From the NCBI GenBank assembly GCA_044229975.1, contig JBGARZ010000006.1:384001-448000 (forward strand): a stretch of DNA of 64,000 nucleotides, read 5' to 3'. A model generated the notes under the pieces. The model was not told the origin of the DNA. It did not search any database and saw nothing but the letters and a program-made list of their open reading frames with translations. Positions 40,528-52,915 of the stretch are shown here, in pieces. How positions within the stretch are numbered: the stretch's first letter is position 1; each line of letters opens with the position of its first letter. Both the position numbers and the translations under genes were made by a program. Source of the DNA: Polyangiales bacterium (lineage in GTDB: Bacteria; Myxococcota_A; Polyangia; Polyangiales; Ga0077539).

Positions 40528-41181
40528 TCAGGTCCCTTCGGCGTCGCGCAGGTCGTCGGGCAGGTGCGAGGCGTCGCCCAGCAGCACCAGCATCGCGCCC
40601 GATGACTTCAGATCGAAGCGCGTCACCGTCGCGACCGGCTGCGCGATGCGGTCGCGAAACAGTCGCACGTCCATGCCCAGCAGCGCGCACGTCAGGATGC
40701 GCAGCGTCGCCTTGTGCGACACCAGCAGCACCCGACCGCCGTCCGGGTGCTTCGCCCGCACCCGCTCCAGCACCGGCGCCGCCCGCGCCGCCACCTGAAA
40801 CGCCGTCTCTCCGCCGGGCGTCCCGCGGCTCGCGGTGTCCGCCGCCCAGTACGCGTAGGCCTCGGGCCAGCGTGTCTTCACGTCCTCGTGACGCAGCGAC
40901 TCCCACTCGCCGTATGCGATCTCGCGCAAGCCATCATCAGTCGTGAGTCCGACACCCGCGCGCGACGCCACTGCCTCCGCCGTCTGCCGCGCCCGCGTGC
41001 TCGGCGAGCAGTAGATGGCGTCCCAGAGCTTCGCTCCGTAGGCCGCGCCCAGCGCGTCGGCCATGCGTTGCCCGACCTCGTTGAGCGGCGGATCGATGGA
41101 GCCGCAGAAGCGGTTCTCGCGCGAGAAGTCCGTCTGCCCGTGGCGCACCATGAACAGCTCCAGCGTCTTCGTCGTCGCCAC
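40528..41181 (-). CDS. Histidine phosphatase (phosphoglycerate mutase family)
   Basis: VRHGQT, SPSTRARQTA, LREIAYGEWE, PGGE, VSH. Confidence 0.93.
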   Translation of the reverse strand: MATTKTLELFMVRHGQTDFSRENRFCGSIDPPLNEVGQRMADALGAAYGAKLWDAIYCSPSTRARQTAEAVASRAGVGLTTDDGLREIAYGEWESLRHEDVKTRWPEAYAYWAADTASRGTPGGETAFQVAARAAPVLERVRAKHPDGGRVLLVSHKATLRILTCALLGMDVRLFRDRIAQPVATVTRFDLKSSGAMLVLLGDASHLPDDLRDAEGT

Positions 41182-41182
41182 G

Positions 41183-41605
41183 CTACGCCCCCCGCAGGCG
41201 CGCGGCGCCCGCCTCTTCCGATGGGTCGGGCGGCGGCTGCGTCAGCGTGAGCGCCTCGATCTCCGGCAGCGCCTCGCGCACCAGCGCCGTCACCACGCTC
41301 GCCGAGAAGGGATCACGGAAGAGCACCAGCAGCATGTACACGCCCGCGAAGGACTCCGCCGCGACGAAGGGCGGCTCGACGCTGCGGATGAGGTGCAGGT
41401 GACCGCCGCGTCGCAGCGGGTGATCGTGCGTGGCGGCGAGGACGAGCGGCTCCGCGGCCTGACGCAGCTGCTGCCAGTCAGGCGGGAGTTCGGAGTAGCC
41501 GTAGTCCTGGCCGGAGGTGTCCGTGACGAACGCGCACGACGCCTCGCACTGCGAGGTGAGCGTGCGCAGTCGCGCGTCGAGCAGTGCGCGTGGGCTGGTG
41601 GTCAC
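41183..41605 (-). CDS. Small hypothetical protein (possible roadblock/profilin-like fold)
   Basis: Helix-strand pattern CAFVTDTSG ... YMLLVLF; co-directional with its neighbours; start uncertain. Confidence 0.55.
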   Translation of the reverse strand: MTTSPRALLDARLRTLTSQCEASCAFVTDTSGQDYGYSELPPDWQQLRQAAEPLVLAATHDHPLRRGGHLHLIRSVEPPFVAAESFAGVYMLLVLFRDPFSASVVTALVREALPEIEALTLTQPPPDPSEEAGAARLRGA

Positions 41606-41652
41606 GATGCCATCGTCGCGCCGTGCACCCAAGGTGGCAAGGCCGCGAGACG

Positions 41653-42024
41653 TCAGCCGCGGACGATGCGCTTCGCCCCGCGCTTGCCGAGCCAGTCGGC
41701 CACGCGATCGACGATGTCGCCCTGCACCGCGACGGAGGCGTCTTCGCGCTGGGCCGCGGTGCCGAGGGCCTTGCGGAGTTCCTTCGCGAGCGCGTCGACC
41801 GCCGCCTCGTCGCCGCCATCGGGAAACTGAACCACCGTGACGGTCTTGCCGCCGCGGCCCTTCTTCTCGCGGCGCACCACGACCCGACGCGCGAGCAGCG
41901 CCACCACGGGGTCGGCCGCCTCGACGGGCGTCTCGGCCGCGGCGGGCTTCGCGTCACCGGGTGGTAGGTCGTTGCGGAGCGCGGCGAGTCGGGCGAAGGG
42001 GTTGGCGGGCTTGGGGTCGGCCAT
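41653..42024 (-). CDS. yciH: Translation initiation factor SUI1 family protein
   Basis: VRREKKGRGGKTVTVV, LAKELRKALG, VQGD. Confidence 0.9.
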   Translation of the reverse strand: MADPKPANPFARLAALRNDLPPGDAKPAAAETPVEAADPVVALLARRVVVRREKKGRGGKTVTVVQFPDGGDEAAVDALAKELRKALGTAAQREDASVAVQGDIVDRVADWLGKRGAKRIVRG

Positions 42025-42027
42025 GGT

Positions 42028-43647
42028 TCAGGGGTCGTCGGCGCAGCGGACGCCGTTGAGCACGCGGAAGTACGCGACGAAGGCAGAAGAGCCCGAGCCG
42101 CCAACGGCGAGTCCCGCATGGCACCTGGGTCGCCAGGCCATGCCGTTGAGCTGCACGCTCGATGGTTGCAGGTACGGCGTCATGGTCAGGTCGCCCATCC
42201 TCACGTCGGTGATGTCTTCGGTCGCAAAGAGCTCGTACCGATACTCGTAGACGCGACCCGCGCCACCGAACGCCACCGCCCGCGCACCGTCGGACGAGAA
42301 CGCCACCCCAAATGCGCCGATGACCATCGGCGCAGAGAAGCCTGCTGCCCAAACCCCGGCGCGGTAACGGTAGAGCCGTTGCCCCGACCAACCGACAGTC
42401 AGCGCGACGTCGCCCTGCGGGCGCGCGACGATGCGCGACACGTTGCCGATCTGACCGGCGAGCATCAACGAGCGGACCTGCGGCGACGCTGAGTCGAGCA
42501 TCGTGGCCGAGAGGATGTCGGCGCCGTTGGTCCCGCAGACCACCATCAGCGCGGGGTCACCGAAGCCATCGGGCACCCATGCGAAGTCGTTGCAGACCCT
42601 GCCCGAACTGATGCCGTAGCCGAAGGGCGTCCCGGTACGCGTGCCGTCGGCGGAGTACGGCCAGAACACGATGGAGCTCGGGCCAGAGGTGAGCAGCATC
42701 GCGCGGCTGCCGTCGGGTGACCACCGCAGCGACTGGTAGCTCGCGGTGGTGGAAGCCTCCGCGGTGCGCTCGGCGAGCATCCCGGTGGCGTGGTCCCAGA
42801 TGAAGATGCGGCCACGCACAGTGGCGCTCGAACCACTTCCCGTAGTGGTGTTGGCGAGCAGCAACGCGCGTGCTCCGTCCGGCGTGAAGACAACATCTCG
42901 CCAAGCCACGGTGCTTGTCGTCACGCCTACCCGGGTCACTGCGCGCGTCGAGACATCGTAACGGAACACCGTGCTGGAGGAGGACAGGATCAATGCGTAG
43001 CTTCCGGCGGGATGCCAGGCCACAGCGACTGGCGCGGCCAACAAGTCGGGTCGCACCGCCGTGTACTCGTACACGCCGACTGGAGCGGGCCCGGTCACCA
43101 CCGGAACATCCGGCGCGCCGCTGTCCCGCGCCCCGGTGTCCGTCGGTACGTCCACCCCACGATCCGGGAAGCCCACGTCGAAGCCGCTGTCGAAGCCGAC
43201 ATCGAACCCGCTGTCGAACCCGCTATCGAAGCCCGCGTCCGGTCGGTTCTCGACGCCGCTGTCCGTCGCGATGTCCGCGATCGTGCCCGCGTCGAAGCCC
43301 GCGTCCGTCCCGATGTCCGTCCCGATGTCCGTCCCGGTGTCGACGACCGTGCCCGCGTCCACCCCGACGTCCGTCCGCACGTCCGTCCCGATGGTCCCGC
43401 GGTCGGCCGGCGTGAACACGTCCTGCGGTTCAGGCCGGTCGGTGGTCACCTTCGGCGCCTCGACGCACAGGCCGTTGCGGTTGCACGTAAACCCGTCCTC
43501 ACAGTCGCGATCTTCCGCGCACTCGCTGAGGCAGCGGTTCATCTCGCAGCGCGCGTGCTGGCCGCACTCCGAGTTGATCGAGCACTCGATGTTCGCGCAC
43601 GACGTCGTCAGAGCGCAGACGAGGAGCGCGGCCGCCAGGGTCTTCAC
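42028..43647 (-). CDS. Cys-rich lipoprotein with Asp-Gly repeat linker and C-terminal beta-propeller
   Basis: Lipobox LTTSC; short Cys knots; DxGF repeats; blades VAWHPAG, VFTPDG, WSPDG, FSSDG. Confidence 0.82.
   Translation of the reverse strand: MKTLAAALLVCALTTSCANIECSINSECGQHARCEMNRCLSECAEDRDCEDGFTCNRNGLCVEAPKVTTDRPEPQDVFTPADRGTIGTDVRTDVGVDAGTVVDTGTDIGTDIGTDAGFDAGTIADIATDSGVENRPDAGFDSGFDSGFDVGFDSGFDVGFPDRGVDVPTDTGARDSGAPDVPVVTGPAPVGVYEYTAVRPDLLAAPVAVAWHPAGSYALILSSSSTVFRYDVSTRAVTRVGVTTSTVAWRDVVFTPDGARALLLANTTTGSGSSATVRGRIFIWDHATGMLAERTAEASTTASYQSLRWSPDGSRAMLLTSGPSSIVFWPYSADGTRTGTPFGYGISSGRVCNDFAWVPDGFGDPALMVVCGTNGADILSATMLDSASPQVRSLMLAGQIGNVSRIVARPQGDVALTVGWSGQRLYRYRAGVWAAGFSAPMVIGAFGVAFSSDGARAVAFGGAGRVYEYRYELFATEDITDVRMGDLTMTPYLQPSSVQLNGMAWRPRCHAGLAVGGSGSSAFVAYFRVLNGVRCADDP
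43168..43239. repeat. Coding 12-bp tandem repeat x6 (D-x-G-F)
   Basis: gaagccgctgtc-like units encoding DAGF DSGF DSGF DVGF DSGF DVGF. Confidence 0.85.
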
Positions 43648-43750
43648 CCCGTCGTGTGTACAGCACCTCCGCGCCTGCGGTGAAGCGCCCCCACGGGTTC
43701 GCCGCATCCCCCTTCCCGCCGCCTTCCCACCCGACGTAGAACCCGCGGTC

Positions 43751-46444
43751 ATGCCCGTCCTCCAGCTCAAGCCGCGCGACCACGACCTCCCCGTCTGCGA
43801 GCGCTACGACGACGAGGCCGCCCTCGTCCGCTTCGAGCGCGCCATGCGCGAGCACCGCGCCTTCACCGAGCCCTTCCGCCTCGAACGCGCCGACGACCGC
43901 GTCGACACCACCTGGTTCGTCTCCGGAACCTCCGCCAACGCCTACGCCGTCGACCTCGTCGACGGTGACCTCCACGACACCTGCACCTGCCCCGATTTCC
44001 TCTACTCGGGCCTCGGCACCTGCAAGCACATCGAGGCCGTTCGCCGCGCCGTCTCCTTCCGACCGACGCTCCGCCGCGCCCTCGCCCGCGTGCTCAACGT
44101 CCCCTTCGCCACCACGCTCACCGTCGTCGCCGCGGGCACTCCGCGCCTCCACGCCCTGGGCCGATGGACCCCCGCGCAGCACCGCGCCCTCGGCCTCGAA
44201 CGCCTCCCCTCCGGCGCCCTCCGCCTCGTCGACGCCGACGCGCTCGCGACCGGATCCCAGCGCACCGCCGTCCGCGTCACCCACGGCGCCGCCCTCTTCG
44301 CGCGCCGACTCGCCGAGCGCGAACGCCTCGCCACCCGCCAACGCGACGTGCTCGCCGCCATCGACTCCAACCGCCTCGGACTCGACGTGCTCAGCGAAGC
44401 CCTCTTCCCCTACCAACGCACCGGCGTGCGCTTCCTCGTGGGCGCGGGCCGGGCGCTGCTCGCCGACGACATGGGCCTCGGCAAGACCGTTCAGACCCTC
44501 GCGGCGTGCGAGCTGTTGCGCCTGCGCGGCGAGGCCGCTCGCATCCTCGTCGTCACCTCCGCGTCGCTCAAGGACCAGTGGGCCCGCGAGATCAAGCGCT
44601 ACGCGCGCTCCGAGGCCGTGGTCGTCTCCGGCGGCGCCGCCTCTCGCCGGGCCGCGCTGGAGTCCGACGCGCCGTACAAGATCCTCAACTACGAGATCAC
44701 CTGGCGCGAGCTCACCTCGCTGCAAAACCTCGACGCCGACGTGCTCGTCCTCGACGAGGCCCAACGCGCCAAGAACTTCCGCACCAAGACCGCCACCACC
44801 CTGCGAGCCATCCCGTCGCGCTTCCTCTTCGTGCTCACCGGCACGCCCGTCGAGAACCGCCTCGACGACCTCTACGCGCTGCTCCAGCTCGCCGACGCCG
44901 AGGTGCTCGGTCCGCTGTGGCGCTTCAACCTCCGCTTCCATCAACAGAACGCGCGCGGTCGCGTGGAGGGCTACAAGAACCTCGCCGCGCTCCGCGAGAC
45001 CATCGCCCCGCTGGTGCTGCGTCGCCGCAAGGAGGAGGTGCTCACCCAGCTCCCGGCGCTCACCGAGCAGACCCGCTACCTCGCGCTGTCCAAGGAGCAG
45101 GCCGAGCTCGAACACGGCTACCGCCACGAGGCCGCGAGGCTCATGCGCATCACCGAGCACCGCGCGCTCACCCTCGACGAGCAGAAGCGCTTGATGGCGA
45201 AGCTCCTGAAGGCGCGGCAGGCGTGCAACGCCGTGGCGCTGTGCGACCCCGGCCGCGAAGATCGGAGCTCGCCCAAGCTCGACGAGTTCGAGTCGCTGGT
45301 GGGCGAGATCGTCGCGCAAGGGACGAGCAAGATCCTGGTGTTCTCGGAGTGGCGCGAGATGTTGAAGCTCGCGGCCGAGCGGCTGGAGGCCATCGGCGTG
45401 GGCTACGCGATGCTCCACGGCGGCATCGCGACGGACCGACGACCGGCGCTGCTGGAGAAGTTTCGCGAGTCGCCCGACGTGCGCGTGCTGCTCTCGACCG
45501 ACGCCGGCGGAACGGGCCTCAACCTCCAGGTGGCGTCCTACGTCATCCACCTCGACCTGCCCTGGAACCCTGGTCGACTCGATCAGCGAACATCACGCGC
45601 GCACCGGCTGGGGCAGACCCGCGGCGTGTCGGTGACGTACCTCTGCGCGGCGGCCGGCATCGAGCGCGGCATCGAAGGAACACTCGCGGGCAAGCGGGCC
45701 GTGCGCGGCGCCGCGCTGGACGTGGCGAGCGACGTCGACGAGCTGGTGGCGCCGAGCTTCTCGATGTTCATCAAGGAGATGAGCGCGGCGCTCCAGGCGT
45801 TGGAGGATGACGAAGAGGTCGCACCGGAAGAGGGAGCCGCGGAGGTGGCAGCACCGCCGACCGACGCGAGCGCCGAAGAGGCGCCCGTCGAAGAGGGCGA
45901 CGTCGACGAAGCCGCGCCCGACGAAGCTGCGCCCGACGAAGCCGCACCCGACGACCCAGGTCCCAGTCCCCGGCCTTACCCGGAGCGGAGCGAAGGGACG
46001 CTCCCGCCCACGTCGACAGCGTCCGTCGAAGAACCGCTCCCATCCACCTCGCCGACGTCCGTCGAAGAGCCGTCCGCTCCGGCCGCACCGCGACGCATCG
46101 CCGGGCGCGCGGGCAATCGACTCCATCTCGCGCAGGTGGTGCTGGCGGCGGGTTTCCCTTCGGACGCGGTGCGCGCGGCGTACGAGGCGCTGGGCGCTGC
46201 GATCGGGGGAATGCTCGCGACGCCGCCGACGGGCGGGCATGCGGGGCTGGTGGCGGCGATCTACCGCGAGCTCATCCCGGGCGGTCGGCTGCCACACGCC
46301 GCGCACGCCGCGCTGGCGCAGTTGCATGACCTCACCTCGCTCGATGCGCACGGCATCGAGGTGGACGACGCCCTCGCACGATCGGCCGTCAACGAGGCCA
46401 CGCAGTGGGTCGAGCGCCTCGACGCGGGCCCACCCGCCGCGTAG
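43751..46444 (+). CDS. SWIM zinc finger - SNF2 helicase/ATPase with a C-terminal HEPN-like domain
   Basis: CTCPDF...CKH; LADDMGLGKT; DEAQ; LTGTPVEN; LRR; VFSE; STDAGGTGLNL; QRTSRAHRLGQ; acidic linker; helical tail with AVRAAYEAL. Confidence 0.9.
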   Translation: MPVLQLKPRDHDLPVCERYDDEAALVRFERAMREHRAFTEPFRLERADDRVDTTWFVSGTSANAYAVDLVDGDLHDTCTCPDFLYSGLGTCKHIEAVRRAVSFRPTLRRALARVLNVPFATTLTVVAAGTPRLHALGRWTPAQHRALGLERLPSGALRLVDADALATGSQRTAVRVTHGAALFARRLAERERLATRQRDVLAAIDSNRLGLDVLSEALFPYQRTGVRFLVGAGRALLADDMGLGKTVQTLAACELLRLRGEAARILVVTSASLKDQWAREIKRYARSEAVVVSGGAASRRAALESDAPYKILNYEITWRELTSLQNLDADVLVLDEAQRAKNFRTKTATTLRAIPSRFLFVLTGTPVENRLDDLYALLQLADAEVLGPLWRFNLRFHQQNARGRVEGYKNLAALRETIAPLVLRRRKEEVLTQLPALTEQTRYLALSKEQAELEHGYRHEAARLMRITEHRALTLDEQKRLMAKLLKARQACNAVALCDPGREDRSSPKLDEFESLVGEIVAQGTSKILVFSEWREMLKLAAERLEAIGVGYAMLHGGIATDRRPALLEKFRESPDVRVLLSTDAGGTGLNLQVASYVIHLDLPWNPGRLDQRTSRAHRLGQTRGVSVTYLCAAAGIERGIEGTLAGKRAVRGAALDVASDVDELVAPSFSMFIKEMSAALQALEDDEEVAPEEGAAEVAAPPTDASAEEAPVEEGDVDEAAPDEAAPDEAAPDDPGPSPRPYPERSEGTLPPTSTASVEEPLPSTSPTSVEEPSAPAAPRRIAGRAGNRLHLAQVVLAAGFPSDAVRAAYEALGAAIGGMLATPPTGGHAGLVAAIYRELIPGGRLPHAAHAALAQLHDLTSLDAHGIEVDDALARSAVNEATQWVERLDAGPPAA

Positions 46445-46455
46445 TACCGTACCCG

Positions 46456-47214
46456 ATGAGCCGCGACTGGACCGCCTTCGCCCGCCGCGTGCTGCGCCCC
46501 GGGCGACCGCGGTTGCCCGAGGCGCGCGCGGTCGTCATCGGGATGAAGGACGTTCGAGAGGCGTGGGAGGCGCTGATGGTGCGCGGGCTCGTCCCAGCGC
46601 CCGAGCACGACCCGCGCGGCGCGTTTCGCGAGCGACCCGCGGCGGCCGATGGGCCGACGTGGCAGCCGTTTCGCGAGGACGCGGGCGCGGCGGGTGATGG
46701 GCCCGCGCTGCCGGTGTCCATCGACGCGGCCGTGACGCTCGCGTGTGATCCGCGCGGCGTCGCGAGGGCGAGCGAGCTGGCGCTGGCGTTCGCGGCGGAG
46801 AGCGTCGCGTGGGAGGTTCCGTCGGTGCGGCGCGTGGCGGCCACGAGGGTGGCGTGGCGGGTCGTCGCGGCCGAGCGCTGGTACCAGAGCTACCTCGATC
46901 GGTACCGCATGGCGATGATCGCCCAGGAGCTGAGCCGGGCGCTCGTCGTCCGCATCCCGAAGCTCGCCGCGGTGATGGACGTTCGCGCGGTGCTCGACGT
47001 GACCGGGAGGGGGTACGCGCTGCGGGTGGCCGAAGACGTGGCGGCGTGCGTGCTGTGGCCGGAGGCGGTGGCGCGCGACCTGCGACGACCCGATGGTGTG
47101 GCGTACCGCGAGCTTGGTGACCCGACCGCGACGATGATCGACCTGTGGGCGACGGGCTACGCGCTCGACCACATCCGCGGCGACACGGTGGTGCTCGTCG
47201 CGCCGGCGCTGTGA
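46456..47214 (+). CDS. Hypothetical protein
   Basis: ORF 11 bp downstream of the SNF2 gene; C-terminal DP...LWATGYAL motif. Confidence 0.65.
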   Translation: MSRDWTAFARRVLRPGRPRLPEARAVVIGMKDVREAWEALMVRGLVPAPEHDPRGAFRERPAAADGPTWQPFREDAGAAGDGPALPVSIDAAVTLACDPRGVARASELALAFAAESVAWEVPSVRRVAATRVAWRVVAAERWYQSYLDRYRMAMIAQELSRALVVRIPKLAAVMDVRAVLDVTGRGYALRVAEDVAACVLWPEAVARDLRRPDGVAYRELGDPTATMIDLWATGYALDHIRGDTVVLVAPAL

Positions 47215-47215
47215 G

Positions 47216-48325
47216 TCAGAGCGTTCCGCCGCAGGCGATGCCGATGTCGCCGGGGCCCATGCCGCAGCGGATCGCCGCGTGCTCGCCCGAACGCGACGAT
47301 GGCCTCGTCACCAGAAGCACCGTTCCGAGCGCTGCGAACACTCCTCCGGCGATGAAGCCGGCGACGCTCACCGACTGCCAGGTGCGGCCCGCGTCGTAGA
47401 GCCCGTTGCAGTCGACGGACGATCCCGGCATCAACGACACGACCTGATCGGAGCCGTTCAACCCGCAGTAGTTGCGGCCCGCGTTGGTCGCGTTGAACTG
47501 CGTCGCGTTGTCGTTGCGCAGCACCAGACCGGCCACGCCGAGGCCGATGAGCCCCACACCGACACCGATCCCGGCGATGCCCAGCGGCAACTGCCACCTC
47601 GCCGTCGACGGCGGCGGCGTCACCACGGGCGGCGTCACCACCGGGTCAGGCCGTCGCACCAGCACCGGCGGCGTCACCACGGGGGGCGTCACGACCGGCG
47701 GCGTCACCACGGGGGGCGTCACGACCGGCGGCGTCACCACGGGGGGCGTCACGACCGCGACCGCCCGCTGCAACTCCGGTGCGACGACCATCGGCTGCGA
47801 GACGCCCGCCGTCACCGTCACGTCGCGCGTGGCCGGTGTGTAGCCTGCCGCGCGCAGCTCGACGCTCACCGGACCCGCCAGCACCCGCAGCGGTGCTGCT
47901 AGCGGTAGCGTGCCTCGCGCGACGCCGTTGACGCGCACCTCGGCGCCGCTGGGACCCCGAACCTCCAGCGCCCCGAGGTGCCCTTCGATGAGCCCGAGGT
48001 CGCGCGCGAGGTTCTGCCGGTTGGTGTTGATCCAGGCGTCGGTCGCGTAGCCCAGCGCCGCGCGCAGGTGCTCGTCGGCCTCGACCCAGCGTTCCGCTGC
48101 GGCTTCGGCCAGGCCCTGTCGCGCCAGCGCGCGAGGCTCTCTCGTCTGCGCGTAGATGTCGCGAAACACCGCCGCCGCCTCGACGTGGCGACCCTCCACG
48201 CGGAGCTGCATCCCGCGCCGATGCTCTGCCTCGCTCGCCGACGGAACCTGCGCCCACGCCGTGCCCGAGGCGGCGAGCACGACCAACAGCCACCAGCCTC
48301 GTCGCTTCATCATCAGTGATCTCAC
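47216..48325 (-). CDS. TPR + PEGA domain exported protein
   Basis: Signal peptide; TPR-like helices; PSGAEVRVNG...GTLPL...AAGY PEGA domain; VVTPP linker; two hydrophobic helices. Confidence 0.85.
   Translation of the reverse strand: MRSLMMKRRGWWLLVVLAASGTAWAQVPSASEAEHRRGMQLRVEGRHVEAAAVFRDIYAQTREPRALARQGLAEAAAERWVEADEHLRAALGYATDAWINTNRQNLARDLGLIEGHLGALEVRGPSGAEVRVNGVARGTLPLAAPLRVLAGPVSVELRAAGYTPATRDVTVTAGVSQPMVVAPELQRAVAVVTPPVVTPPVVTPPVVTPPVVTPPVVTPPVLVRRPDPVVTPPVVTPPPSTARWQLPLGIAGIGVGVGLIGLGVAGLVLRNDNATQFNATNAGRNYCGLNGSDQVVSLMPGSSVDCNGLYDAGRTWQSVSVAGFIAGGVFAALGTVLLVTRPSSRSGEHAAIRCGMGPGDIGIACGGTL
47665..47754. repeat. Exact 30-bp tandem triplication encoding (VVTPP)6
   Basis: ccggcggcgtcaccacggggggcgtcacga x3. 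Confidence 0.95.
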
Positions 48326-48326
48326 G

Positions 48327-49709
<1,383 letters not shown>

Positions 49710-49850
49710 GAGCCGAAGGTCCGCACCACACAGGTAACGGACCACGAAGCACCTCCCTTGGGCAAGTCACAGGGAGACGCCAGCCCGGGACACACTTCGA
49801 CCCACCCAAGGAACCAAACCGCCCGGGAATACATCCCCGCCACCATCGGG

Positions 49851-49880
49851 TTGCATGCCGCGCCGCCGCTGCGGTAGAGC
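49851..49880 (+). promoter_or_regulatory. Possible sigma70 promoter for the moxR operon (TTGCAT-N18-TAGAGC)
   Basis: Partial -35/-10 match in the divergent intergenic region. Confidence 0.3.
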
Positions 49881-49931
49881 GCCCGTCGCTCCCGTTCGCC
49901 GCACACACCCTCAAGCACAACACCCCGATCC

Positions 49932-50918
<987 letters not shown>

Positions 50919-50936
50919 GGGACAGTTGGTGCTTCG

Positions 50937-51839
50937 ATGATCGACAAGGAGCTGCTCAAGAAGCTTCGGCGCATCGAGATCACCACCGCGAGGCTCGCCA
51001 ACGACCAGCTCGTGGGCGCCTACGCGTCGGTGTTCAAGGGCCGTGGCCTGGCGTTCGACGAGGTGCGGATGTACCAGCCCGGCGACGACATCCGGTTCAT
51101 CGACTGGAACGTCACGGCCCGCACCAACGCGCCGCACATCAAGGTCTTCCGCGAAGAGCGCGAGATGACCGTGATGCTCCTGGTCGACCTGTCGGGCTCG
51201 CAGGACTTCGGCACCCGCGCGATGTTCAAGCGCGAGCTCGTCGCCGAGGTGAGCGCCGTCATGGCCTTCAGCGCCGTCAAGAACAACGACCGCGTGGGCC
51301 TCGTGCTCTTCACCGACCGCGTCGAGAAGGTGGTCCCGCCGCGCAAGGGCGCGCGCCACGTGATGCGGGTGGTGACGGAGATTCTCCAGTTCAAGGAGGC
51401 ACCGCGGAAAGATGGCGAACACGCCGGCACCAACCTCTCGCTGGCGCTGGAGGTGCTGGGTCACCTGTCGCGTCGGCGCGCGGTGTCCTTCGTGGTGAGC
51501 GACTTCCTCGGCAACGACTACGAGCACGCGCTGCGCGTGGCGGCGGCGCGGCACGACCTCGTCCCCATCTACGTGAGCGACCCGCGCGAGGACGAGCTGC
51601 CCGACGTGGGGCTCATGCTCGCCGAAGACCTGGAGACCGGCGAGTGGATCGAGGTCGACACCAGCCACCCCGCGGTGCGCGAGCACTACCGGCGCACCAT
51701 CGCGCAGCAGAAGATCACGCGCGACACGCTCTTCCGACGGCTCGGCCTGGACGCCATCAACGTGGCGACGCACCGGCCGTACATCAGCGCGCTGGCGGAG
51801 TTCTTCCGGCGCCGCGCGAGAAGGATGCACGCGGGATGA
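50937..51839 (+). CDS. DUF58 domain protein
   Basis: GLAFDEVRMYQPGDDIRFIDWNVTAR, VDLSGS, VVSDF. Confidence 0.94.
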   Translation: MIDKELLKKLRRIEITTARLANDQLVGAYASVFKGRGLAFDEVRMYQPGDDIRFIDWNVTARTNAPHIKVFREEREMTVMLLVDLSGSQDFGTRAMFKRELVAEVSAVMAFSAVKNNDRVGLVLFTDRVEKVVPPRKGARHVMRVVTEILQFKEAPRKDGEHAGTNLSLALEVLGHLSRRRAVSFVVSDFLGNDYEHALRVAAARHDLVPIYVSDPREDELPDVGLMLAEDLETGEWIEVDTSHPAVREHYRRTIAQQKITRDTLFRRLGLDAINVATHRPYISALAEFFRRRARRMHAG

Positions 51840-52915
51840 GCTACCGGGTCCACGTCGCCTTCGCGCTCGCCCTCCTCGCGCCCGCCGTTGCGTCAGCTCA
51901 GGACGCCGCCGTCGTCGCGACCGATGCCGCCGTCGCGGCTCGTCCCGCTGCACCTGCTCCGCGTTCTGGTGAGTGCGTCGCCGATCCCATCGCGGCCGAT
52001 CGGGCGCCCGTCGTCGAGGCCACGCTCAACCCGCCCAACCCGCAGGTCGGCGACCGCGTCCGCGTCATGTGGACCTTCCGCTATCGCGCCGCCGATCGCG
52101 TGGAGTTCGACCCCGACGCCGTCGCCCTCCAGCAGCCCGCGATCGAGCTCGAGTACGCCCGCGAGCAGCCCGAGCGCGACCGCAGCACCCACGGCGAACC
52201 CAACGGCCGCGTGCGCTCCGAGGTCGTCGTCGCGCTGCAACCGTTCCGCGCCGGCGAGGTCACCATCCGGCCGATGCCCTACCGCGTGAACACCGGCGAC
52301 GAGATCGCCCGGATGTGTACCCCGGAGGTGCGCTTCCGCGTGCGCTCGGTCTTCGGCAACGCCACGCACCCGCAGCCCAGGGACATCACCCGCCCGGAGG
52401 ACGTGCGCCGCGACGCGCTCACCCTCCGCTGGGTCTCGCTGGGGCTCGATATCCTCTTCCTCTCCATCGTGGCCGCGCTCTCGGTCGCCGCGTGGCTGCG
52501 CCGTCGCCCGAAGTTCGTGCCGCCACCTCCGCCGCCGCGGCACCCGTACTTCATCGCCCGCGAGGCGCTCGAAGCGCTCTCCAGCGGCGACCTGCTCTCG
52601 CGCGGCCTCACCAAGGACTACTACGACGCCATCTCCGACGTGATCCGCCGGTACCTCGGCGGCGTGCGCTCGTTCGACGCCATCGAGATGACCACCGACG
52701 AGCTCCTCGCGCACCTGCGCAAGAGCCCGCTGCCGGGCGTCACCTTCGTCGAGGTCGAGCGCCTGCTGCGCGAGTGCGACCTCGTGAAGTTCGCCCGCTA
52801 CGTCCCCGCCCACGAGGAGGCCGACGCCATCCTCGCCGACGCCGTCTCCCTCGTCGAACGCGGCCGCCCCATGAACTCCCCCGCGACCGAAGCACCCCGC
52901 GGAGCAACACCATGA
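51836..52915 (+). CDS. Membrane-anchored Bat-operon protein (exported beta domain + TM + helical domain)
   Basis: Signal peptide; TM; YYDAISDVIRRYL, EMTTDEL, DLVKFAR; coupled within the operon. Confidence 0.8.
   Translation: MSYRVHVAFALALLAPAVASAQDAAVVATDAAVAARPAAPAPRSGECVADPIAADRAPVVEATLNPPNPQVGDRVRVMWTFRYRAADRVEFDPDAVALQQPAIELEYAREQPERDRSTHGEPNGRVRSEVVVALQPFRAGEVTIRPMPYRVNTGDEIARMCTPEVRFRVRSVFGNATHPQPRDITRPEDVRRDALTLRWVSLGLDILFLSIVAALSVAAWLRRRPKFVPPPPPPRHPYFIAREALEALSSGDLLSRGLTKDYYDAISDVIRRYLGGVRSFDAIEMTTDELLAHLRKSPLPGVTFVEVERLLRECDLVKFARYVPAHEEADAILADAVSLVERGRPMNSPATEAPRGATP

Noticed and set aside
43061..43750. N-terminal Ser/Pro/Thr-rich extension of the SNF2 ORF
   Set aside because: Antisense to the lipoprotein repeat linker; ATG 43751 is the more plausible start.
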